This document shows positions 12,816-23,400 of a stretch of DNA of 64,000 nt, piece by piece. Both the position numbers and the translations under genes were made by a program. Origin of the DNA: Phoronis australis. Its lineage: Eukaryota > Animalia > Phoronida. Position 1 is the first letter of the stretch; each line of letters starts with the position of its first letter. Under the pieces are notes generated by a model. The model did not search any database, was not told where the DNA came from, and saw only the letters and a program-made list of their open reading frames with translations. Location of the stretch: the NCBI GenBank assembly GCA_002633005.1, contig NMRA01000220.1:1-64000 (forward strand), in the 5' to 3' direction.

Positions 12816-13576
12816 TTGCCGCACAAAGGCAACTAGTATGATGATGCTTCACCCGAGAACCAGAACGCCCGTTTTTTTACTTGACTAACCTTAAACGTCA
12901 AATTAGAGGAAATGATTTTCATTTTGTTACGCAGTGGATAAAATTATTTAGCTCAAAAGCGTACAATGTGGTTGTTTTGTGTTATTAAATGTTGACCTTT
13001 CAACTGTTTATAAGTCACATACCGCAGCCGGGAGCCTGGTGATGAGTAAAACTCAAAAGCGCCATGCATTACAAAGCGAAGTGTCCTCTGTTGCGCACAA
13101 AAGATTTCGGTGGATTAATCGGCACAAGACCTGCATATGCATACGTATATAGCCCCATTGTATGATTTCTGTAGGCCTAACGGTAATAAATCTTAGCCTC
13201 TTAGTCACTGTGGTTTTAGTTCACGGCGGTCCTTTTTTGTGGTGGGGCGGTCATGTTTTTAGGTGCGTCAGTCCCCCCATTTTCTGGTGCGGCGTTCCCA
13301 TTTGATCCCCGGAGGTCCTGTTTTGAGGACCGGTGGTCATGTTGTTTCTCACCCGTGAACATACACCTCTGAAAAGATTAGTGATTCAAACAAACATGTG
13401 GTGCTGGTCTAAAGTTGTATTCTTTGTATACATTTTTTCATATTGGAGCTGAGTTCAGAGACTAGATCCTGGGGCTGGGCCCCTTCCCAGGCTAATCTAA
13501 TCTCAATTCAAGACTCGACTCATACTCATACCAAGACAGTGACCACTGCCTCTACTGGCTCCGCAATAGAGACAGT

Positions 13577-14093
13577 GAAGCTCCTTAGATATTAGTATAC
13601 AGGCACTTCATACGCCGGAAGAGTTTTGGCAAATTATGCCTCGCTTTGACTAAAACATCAGTGCTGAGTTGTATACATTTTGTGCACAGAGGGACACCAT
13701 AGGAGACCATCGATGTACTTAATTCCTTCCAACTCGAACACATACTCCCGTTATCTGCGTTATCAAACTTTTTCTTCGAGCAGTCTCGCAGTTCCCAAAA
13801 TCGGTAACTCACCATTTTTAACACTACGCGCACCAGGAGATATGACGTCACACCATCTGGCGCGAGCAGAGTTAAAAATGGTGAGTTAATGATATTGGAA
13901 ACTGAACAGGGACTGCTCGAAGAAAGTTTGATAACGGGAGTATTTGTTGGAGTTGGAAGGAGTTTCAACAGCCCCCTAAGGTGTCCCTTTGTGAGCAAAA
14001 GGCATTTATAACAATGTGACTTTGATGTTTGAGTCAGTAAAAGGAATAATTCGCCGGAAAGCTTCCGGCGTATGAAGCGCCCATAAGAGCTCC
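13577..14093. mobile_element. Foldback (long-TIR) element with ~250-bp arms
   Basis: CTTCATACGCCGGAAG (13606-13621) pairs with CTTCCGGCGTATGAAG (14062-14077). TCCTTCCAACTC/GAGTTGGAAGGA and AACTCACCATTTTTAAC/GTTAAAAATGGTGAGTT also pair. The apex is TGACGTCA at 13843-13850. Confidence 0.8.
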
Positions 14094-14286
14094 ACCCTCT
14101 TACTGTCGGTGCCAGGCAGCCAGTAGGGCAGTAGTAGGACGGTGGTACATTGTCTAACTCGTACCAATCTGCCTAGTGATCAGAGATAAGAGTAGTGCAT
14201 CTATGACGTTTCGACCAATTCCTAAAACTTCCAAAGGACGAGAATAAATGGTGGTAAAGAAATTTAGTAGTTATATAAATACATAC

Positions 14287-14345
14287 CGCAGCCTTGATTG
14301 TTTAGTTGATTAGATCATTCAGTTTCCATCCCATGCACAATTTTA
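14287..14345 (-). other. PRR11: Candidate non-coding first exon (5' UTR) of PRR11
   Basis: Minus-strand donor GCG|GTATGT at 14286, next to the CCAAT/CHR promoter. The first PRR11 coding exon has an acceptor (TTTTCAG| at 11173) 33 nt upstream of its ATG, so an upstream exon is required. The 5' boundary is approximate. Confidence 0.5.
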
Positions 14346-14349
14346 GGAT

Positions 14350-14455
14350 TTAAGTTTGAATGGTTAAAATGGTGACTAAATAATATTGGCCAATCAGTGT
14401 TTACTTTGAGTTAGTGAACAGCCAATCACATTCAACAGGAAGTAAAAATTTCAAG
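14350..14455. promoter_or_regulatory. Bidirectional PRR11/SKA2 promoter with NF-Y CCAAT boxes, CHR-like elements and an ETS site
   Basis: TTTGAA at 14355-14360. Palindromic ATTGG-CCAAT at 14385-14394. A second CCAAT at 14422-14426, 32 bp from the first. CAGGAAGT at 14436-14443. TTCAAG (reverse CTTGAA) directly before the SKA2 ATG at 14456. Confidence 0.7.
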
Positions 14456-17400
14456 ATGGAAGCGGCCGTGGAAAAGCTAGAAGCAATGGTAAACATTCAT
14501 GTCATTTTGTGTGGCTTGTTTTTATCGCCTTTCATTTCTTTATAGAATTAAACAATTTACCTTTCTGTTCTACATGCCGATTACATTACTCTTAGAAACT
14601 CAATTCAGCTACTTAATCTGACATGAGAGTCCAGTCGGAATATCAACCAGTCGAAAGTTGGCGGGCGTAGCTGTGTAAGTGTAAACAAATAGAATTAGCT
14701 TACGCTAACGTTGGCAGATACTGGTGAACAAAATTGGTTGCTTTGGAGTTTGTGTTTGTGGCTGGGATTGAGCATTGTTGTTTAGTCTTTGTAATAACAG
14801 GGCTTATAAGAGGATATCATCGTTTTTAGTTTGGATTTCCTCTTATTTGATTTCCAGTTTCCTTTTGTTTTTGCCTCTTTTAATTTCATCATTATTTTGC
14901 CTTTTTTCATACAAAAGTGTGTATTTCAGTTTAATTTCACAACATTGGTCATTCCAAGTGCTGACTAAGCACTTTCACTAGCCCAGTACAAAGCTGTATA
15001 TAAATATAAATATACAGCTTCGCACCGATGTGGGTAAAAAAGTGGCAAGATAAAATCTGACACAAAATTGGTGTCATTAAAAACTACAGTCTTCCTTGAG
15101 TAAACTAAATTATTTAATGGTGTTGGCAAAAATGGCGTTCTACCATTATTCTGCTGCTAAAGTTGTGGAGCGATCTTTAGCGACCGCTTTCGGCGCCGTG
15201 AAATATTGCGTCACCTATTGGCCAGTTTCTTTTTTCGCCGATTCTTCAATCAACTGTTGTTCTTTCACGAGTTTGCGTACACGTCACAACAAATTATCAG
15301 AACTAGTTTCACCTCATTAAAAGATTTTTGAATTTTGGTACCGAGAAATCAAATTTCAGAAGAAATTTTGTTGCTTTCAAGCTATCATTATCTCCCGAGA
15401 GATATCGCAAAAATTTAGGAAATGGCGTGTGCACGTGACACGAGCGTACTGTTTTCAAAACGACGAAATACTTTTCATTGTTAGAAAAGGCAGAGAGTTA
15501 CGCAAGAAAATGAAGTTTATTGCATTGTTTTTTACTTAAACGGCTGTAACGGGCAAGGTGAGTGTCGGTTGACTTCCAGATTTTGCATGCACACCGTCCG
15601 GTCTTTAGCTTTACATGTTGATGCAAGTTTCATGGCGCGGTGACTAGCAGAACTACCTTGGCTGTGTGCAATTTTGCTGTCTATGGAAGAAATACATGCA
15701 GTGGGACCTAGCTGTATTTCGACGACAATCTTCATACAGCTAGCTGGCTGGCTAGCCCAGTGTCAGTATCAGTGAAACTGCCTGTGGTCCATCCAAAATG
15801 TGGTTCCACTTGTCGTTAGACAACTACCTGAATTACCATCGTCTCTGCTGAACAGAGACGATGGAGCTCCTATAGGAGCTTCATACGCTGGAAGCTTTTC
15901 GGTGAATTATGCCTCGTACTGACTAAAAGATCAAAGTCACGTTGTTATAAATACCTTTTGCGCATAGATGGACACCTTAGGAGGTTGTCGATGTATTTAA
16001 TTCCTTCCAACTCGAACAAATATTCCTGTTATCAAACTTAAATTCTTCGAGCAATCCATCGTTCAGTTCCCAACATCGTTAACTCGTCATTTTCACACTG
16101 TGCACGCTAGGGGATACATGCGTCATGCCACCTGCCACTTTTTATTCGACCAGTCCTTTGTTCAGTTTCCCTAATCAGCACCTGGTTATTTTTACTCTAC
16201 GTGTGCCAGCAGATAAATTTTTGCACTGTGCTCACCAAGAGATACGACATCATATCTATGAAGGGCCTATTGGAGCTTCACAGTCTCGAAGTCTGGTCGA
16301 GATTGTGGTCACTCTCTATTTCCTCGTTAGCCAATACTCTTAAACAGAGATGAAGGTCCACTGAAGTGCTTTTCGGAACTTGGTAAAATGGATAACTATA
16401 GCAAAGAAACGCGAGGAAAATTCTTGTTGAGTGTGTTAGTACTAATCAAATCAAATTCCCTTGACAAGTTTAGACAAACCGCAACTGGTCTTACTGGTTA
16501 TATAGCTCTTTACCTTCCTGTAACAACAACGAATTAAATCGTCTGCCATCTTCTACCCTTAGTTTTTACCTAACGGTGTGATCAAATGATTCTAATGCCA
16601 ACCAATGAGTGAATGCTTTAGTTCACGAGCACACCGCTAGGTAAAAAATGAAAATGGCGGAGTGACATCCAAAAAGTAAGAAGTGGAATTTTCGAGGGAA
16701 TAAGTTCTTTTGAATAGATTGATTTGCGAGTAGTTATATCTCAATATTTTATTTCAGCAGATAAATGTGTTCGCACGATCGCAATTTCAACGTGTGCAGG
16801 TTAATATTTGGTGGGAAATTCGAGTGTATAGTGTATGCCTTAAATCTACGCTTTCACTGTGCCAACTTCCAACCCTGTTTAAGACTTGGTTTTCCGACTA
16901 GGTCAGTGTATGATTTATATCTGATGTTGATATCGGAACATATATATCATGATGCTCACAGTCCCATTCACGTGAAAGTGAATTTACAGATTATTGACAT
17001 GATTTATTTACACCTTCATCACAATGTTTATGTTATAAATAGCTTTAATGTCATAAACTGTAAGAATTTTCCCCGACTGGGTCATCATTATTAATTCTGA
17101 AATCCTTACTATATTCAAAATATTTATTGCAGGTTGAGTAATGATTAATTTCTGTCATTTGAATTGTGAAAATTGAGCATCTTGTGGCTTTTAGTTTCAG
17201 AAAGCAGAATCGGATGTCAATTATATTTCTCGAAAGTTAGATCATGAGTTTGCTAGCAGTGAAGATGGAGAACAGGTAACTTGTTTAATTGTTCTTTATA
17301 GCGCAGCTATCAACCCAATCTTCGTCACAAAAAACTTTCGGTTTAAACCTCTTTCCTTTATGAAACTAGTCTCAAATTATTTCTTGATCAAATTTGAGGT

Positions 17401-20400
17401 GATTTCATAGCTTTGCAAGAATTATCAATTCGTTAAATAGTAGTGACACCTACGCCAAGCATGGTCTCAAGGAATAACGAACTGTCAGTTCATTCCAAAC
17501 CCAGAAATCACTTTGCACCTGAGTCAAGAACAAATCGAGACCAATTATTTAATTGAAAAGAGATTTTTATATAATTTGGAAAGTCGTCTAAAGAAACACG
17601 GAACACGTGTTTTTGCCGCGTTAAACACATGCTGATGATAAGAATTAGTAGTGGCAGATATGCAAGGATAGGGGATTCAGGGAGTTTGAACTTACCTTTG
17701 AAATGCACAGCAAAAATATACTGTCAGCGTTTACTACAAATTACAATGTACAAGTGTATTGCACCCTTTCAAACCTGACGGCCGTTGATAAAAGTACATT
17801 CTGTAGTGAATAGTGACCATTGATCTGTAAGAGAATGAACACTGAAATTTAAACACTGAATTAAACTATTGCTTATGCTGAAAAAGAAGAAAACATAACT
17901 ACCACTTTATGCAATCATTTTTTTGTTAATTGGGAAAGACTCGGGCATCTCAGTTTAGCATGGTCCAAAGTTTTAAACGTAGTCCAGACCTTTTCAAACA
18001 TGACTCAGGATTTGCGAACAACATAGCTCAGAGCTTTTCAGATGCTGCTCAAGATTTCCAGAATGATGTATGGCTCTGAACTTTTCAAACACGGAGTAGC
18101 ACTGTGTTCAAATAAATGTAAGGAGACAATGTCTGTGAACTTTTGCCGGTATTTGGTCCTTTCACTTATGGGTCATTAGTTCATGATTTTAAGACTCTCA
18201 GTTTATTTTACTCTGGTTGATATTTTTTTGTCAGTTAAATCCTAACAAGATGCTTCAGAAACTGGGTGATATTAAGAAGGAGTACGGCTCACTACTCAAA
18301 GAAGCAGACGAAATCAGGAAAGCTCAAAAGGTACATGTTTTAATCTTGCTTGTTGTTATGTTACAAATTACTCCCTGAATGTTTGCTATATTTTCTACCC
18401 AAGTATGTACAATGCTTTCATTAGATATGAAGGTGTTTGAATTGTTGAAGATCCTGAATGTTTTCATTGAAGTATTTGTATTTATATTATTCAAATTGAC
18501 TTATGCCCTGTTCACAGCCAAACATTTTTGGAAAATGTCAGTTTTAGTTTGCTAAATTATTGGCGGAGATGTAAATTAATAATATTATGTCTGAGATGTA
18601 CTGGCTGTTACTCGTGATGCACCAGTTGTCCTGCATTTCATTTTTACAACCTGTGGTTAAAACCAAGATGAACAGGTCTGAGCATAAAGAGATTGATAAA
18701 CAATGGTCTTTCTGTAGTAAGTTAAATAATTCAGAAGCCAATATTGTTGTGAAAGAAAGCCCAGTATCAAGTCTAGCAGTCATGTTGTGCTTATACAATG
18801 CTCTGTTTGGGGTATTAGCCTATGAATGAGTAGTCCATTGTGTATGCGCTCTTTGATTGCCAGTCATGACACTGAATATTCTTAACTTTGACCACTATCA
18901 ATAACAGAGAGCTCTCAGAGTGTTAAGTCAGTTCAGGTCATGAATCTAAAATTCTGGTGGTGAAGTGACGTGTGGGACAGTGACTTGAAACTTTTTAAAG
19001 CTTTCATCAGATGATCTAGGTTATATCCACTCTGTGATGACAGATATATAAGAGTGAATGTGATCTTACTTCTTTCAGGAAGCAACAGAGTTCTTCAAAA
19101 ACCAGTTAACAACAATTTGCCAAGCTGTACAAAGTCTAGAGAGCCATTCACAACTAGAGGTATTGGGGCACCTTTCACGCTGTGTTTTTACAAGCAGCCT
19201 CAATATCTAAATATGCTTGTGACCAGTTTGTGATTCACGGGCAACTCATCTCATGTAAGAGTGATCTGCTATTAGTTTTCTCCATAATGTTTCTCTGCGA
19301 CTTATTTGCCAGCACTTGTAAAATGTGGGAACGACCTGGGTCATGTTTAAAAAAATAGTGACAAGTTTTGAAAACGGGTGTCTCCATTAAAGATCTCTTT
19401 ACTGCTTGACTATAGTCCATTGGAACTGAATAACGACCAAGTAGTTAGCAACAAGGCAGGTAAATGTGCACTCCAGATAACTCAACGGCAAGTGCATTTG
19501 TGCTACAGAGAACACCACTCAACTTTTCACTTCTCACACTTTGTGTTTTTATGTTGTGGATAATAGTGTCTGTGTTGGAGTTTGAATGAAGGCACACTCA
19601 CGTGCAGGCTTTGCAAGAATCAGTGAAGCTTCTCTAACTTATTTTTAAGTCTGCTTTAAGTTTCAATAGGTTGGAAGCAAACATGGTTGTGTGATGAAAA
19701 GTTCTAATGCCGTATATGATCCTAAAATTGTTGTGAGCACTGTTTTTTGCCCTAAGTTGCGATGCAGTCCGTGTTGATTTCATTGTCTCCTCTGTACAGC
19801 CGGAGCAGAAGGCAGCTGAACTGAGCCGACTAGAGGAGATATTTGGGACACAACTACGTGAGGTGACCTCTGTGGAGAGTGGTGAAGGTCAGGTGAACAG
19901 TGACACTGTAACCCTCTCTGTGGTGGTTGAAGATAATACGTCACCAGGTTAGGGTTATACAGTTCAAAGCAAGTTTAATGTTTTCTTTAAAAAGTTGGTA
20001 GGGTTGGAGCCTGGAGGCCAAGTGTTTATCCATTTATGAGGAAGTATTAGGATTTTAATTTATCTGTTTCTATCTGTAACCTTATATTCACTTTGTTTGC
20101 GACATTAATGCTTTATACCCATATGGTAATATCCAATGTCTTTCAGAAATTATTGTCAAAATTGGTCATTTAAAATGATGAAGAACTTACCAGGTATTTG
20201 GTGCTACTAATCTTTTGTCCCTTATTGTGTTCTAAATTACTATTAAATATTTCCCATGCATTAGTGGGTGCATATTACCGTCATCTCTGGGTGTTCAGTT
20301 ACCGGCACCTGTACCCTCCTCCCTATCCTTCCAAACCCTCTGGTGGATCTTCATGAAATATTATTGCCGTATTTCTATCTTGTAGAGAATGGCACGCACC

Positions 20401-23400
20401 AGCTATCAGACTGGTGCAACTACTGCTGTGCGGTCTACGAATAGCAATTTTAGTTGTTTGGTTCACCTCTATGTCAACCAAGTTCCTTCATGGAATTTTA
20501 TGAAATTTTGTAAATGTAATAGTTCTGTCATGGGGAAGATTGCATCTACCAATTTTCTTCCAGACCTGAATTTGTGGTACATTTTCAGAGGCAATTTCGA
20601 TAGTTGGTTATTTTTTGGCATCCCCATCCTTTTCTCTGATTTGTTGGAAGGTTTGTCACGAAATTTGATTGGTATGCTGCTATTGACTAGAACATGGCTG
20701 GCGTTGATTTTCGGACTGATGTGAATATCGTTATAACCCTGAGTGGCAGTTTTACATATTATGCTTGTTATAGTGCCCCTGGTGGTAATGTGAGTTTTCT
20801 TTTCCACAATCTCAGTATCTACCATAATCATTGCATTTGCCGCTCACATTTTCGGGTGACTAGCACTTCAGCCTGTCGACCCTGTACTGTTGATCCCTCT
20901 AGCACATGGAAATGTTGGGAAATAATTCACCCACCATATATCTTTGCCATGTGCTATGCGCAAGGTGGGCGCTTATCAACCCCTTGCACTACTCTTATAA
21001 ATTTTGTTGAACACTTTAAATTTCTTAATGTAGCCTCTGGAATAGCCTACTCTATCCAGCTTGCATCCGCTAATTTGTTGCTATGTTCAAAATCAAGTAT
21101 TGATAGCGTAGCAACATTTTGCTAAATATTCCCAAGGCCTGCATTCCAGTTCCTTCATAATTTTCTTTTTCTGCAAGCCATTTATCGTGATCCTTTGTTT
21201 TCACTAGCCGCTGAAGCTGTCTGGGAAGCTGAACTGTCGCCAGCAGAAAAGCGACGGAATTCTGGAGAGTTTATGGAAGTGACTGATGAGGAGTTTATGT
21301 CCGTCTCGTCATTGGTGAGGGGACGCGTGAAGCTTGGTGACGTGAACACGGTGAGTCAGATAAGATGAAACATGATGGGTTGCTGTTTTTGTCCAATTTA
21401 CAACAGACGTGTTCAAATCCAACCGCAAGAAGTCTTAAGAAAAAATTGTCTTTGGGGCTAGACGATTAGCATAACATTGGTGACCTGGCAAAATTCCCAG
21501 GTTGTCAAACAGGAAATGAAGTTGCCAAAATTAGGAAGTCGCGTATGGGGTGAAAGTTTGAATTGAAGTATTCAGTTAGAGCAAACGACTGCTGGAATGC
21601 CTGAGATCGCCCAGGTGTTGTTTTGTCTTTTCAGTTGGACGGCAAATTGGGAGTTGATTGTGCACTGAGGTTACAGTAGTGACCTGCAGGTCTTCAAACT
21701 AAATATAAAGCTATTGAAATTTTAGTAGCTTGCACTGTAATCAGTGATACAGCACTAATTGTTGCACTCTTATCAGTAATATAGTACTAATTCTTTAATT
21801 CTCATTATTTGACATTTTTGAAGATGGTGCTGTATTAAGCATATATAAAGTAACATTTAAAATTATGTTGTAGTTACTAACAGTCTGTAAATTCCGAATT
21901 CTGCCGTCAGTTGTAACCAGGCAAATATAAATAAATTAAGAGTAAAAACATGCACAGACAAGAAACCTAATATATTGGTTTAGAAACACTTAAAACACTA
22001 TACATTTCGTGCTGCAGCCCTTCAACAGTAGTGAGTGAAACACAAATCATGGGCAATTATCAGATTTAATGAGTCCACATTTTGAGAACCGGTTTGATGC
22101 CCGCTATTCAGTGGAGAAGACTGGTTCTCAAAATGCGTGCACGTTATATCCAACTATTACCCACATGATGAACAATCTGGATAAGATTGCAGGACTGTTG
22201 TGTAACCCAACATATTTTCTGCAACGTTTTGCTACAATCTAAGATAGCAACATAGACGTAGAATCACGCTTACTACCACTTTAGTAACAAAGTGCTTGAT
22301 GAAGGATTTCAGTGTGTGTAATGCAGCTGTACTCTTTCGGTTGAACATTTTAGCAGCGTACATCTCTATCAATTGTGGTCATTTTGATAAGTGTGCAGGT
22401 TGAATATCATAAATTATATCAGTTGGCTGCAAAGTGTGATTGAAGTGTGACTTTCTTTCAGACATACCGAGCTATATGGACTCATTTCAAAGAAGAGAGT
22501 GGGTAAGTTGACGATTTCTATTCCTTTAATGTCAATGTGTCCCAAGTCAGCGATTGGCTTGCAACTGAGCTGTACACGATGCATGGTGCAGTTCACTTAT
22601 ATTTGTTCAATCTGGCAGCAGTTTTGTGGTGCTCAGACATGTGAAGGACAGTAAGCCAAGAGTGCCGTCAGACTTATTGTATCGGAGCTTTCTGTGCATG
22701 CCACCTGTTGGACAAAATATTTCCGGTACAATGAAATTTAACTAATTTGGATTGTGAAATTTTATTCCTTGATTTTCCATGAAAGATATGTGAGTTCATG
22801 GTCTGCATCATAGCTACTACCAAACATTATTTAAAAAACTTTGAGCATTCACAACGATGTTCGAAGACTTTGAAAATGAAAAAAGGGATATTTTTGTTAT
22901 TATTTTAGTCTGAAATTGGTCAGATTTTACAGTATTTTTATGTCTTATGATTCTGTATCTGTATTGTATAATACCGTAGACCTATTTTATCAAATCCATG
23001 AAGATACTGTTGTCCGTCTTTCAGGGAAGAGCTCACTTCCAGTGATATGTACAAAATGGGTCTGCGTGTCACAGGCCAGACAGGAGAAGCTAAACTTAAG
23101 GTGAATAACACTGACTTAACTTGTTTCATCTGACGAATGGGCCAGCTCCTATGAATTCCTTATTCATTATTACCTCTGCCAATGGTTTTGGCATGTACTT
23201 TGTAAACCAACACTAGCATGTATCTTGATCTTTCTGACATTTGGGTGGAGTTATCTCCACATGTTTCCACATCCGGATATGTTGTAATCTCTGGCATCAA
23301 TGCCAAGTGACCTTTTGTGCTTTTGATAACAGAAGCGTGTTCAACAGAGTGAGCGCCTGCTAGCGTGTACTCTTGAACACAAGGAACAGCTCCTGAACAG

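Larger units (their letters stand above)
11858..13357. mobile_element. Non-autonomous TIR element with CAC...GTG ends and 5-bp TSD (Transib-like or CMC-like)
   Basis: 33-bp TIR CACGGGTGAGAAACAACATGACC(G/A)CCGGTCCTC plus ~60 bp of subterminal inverted match. AACAT is duplicated at 11853-11857 and 13358-13362. The element spans the N gap. Confidence 0.75.

Noticed and set aside
13585-13998. 137-aa ORF
   Set aside because: It lies wholly within the foldback element and has no recognisable domain.
14489-17194. miR-301/454-like microRNA, as in human SKA2 intron 1
   Set aside because: I saw no matching seed or precursor hairpin. The hairpins present are transposon-derived.
20389-21125. Overlapping 111-143 aa ORFs in SKA2 intron 5
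   Set aside because: No recognisable motifs or compatible splice structure. Possibly a decayed repeat.
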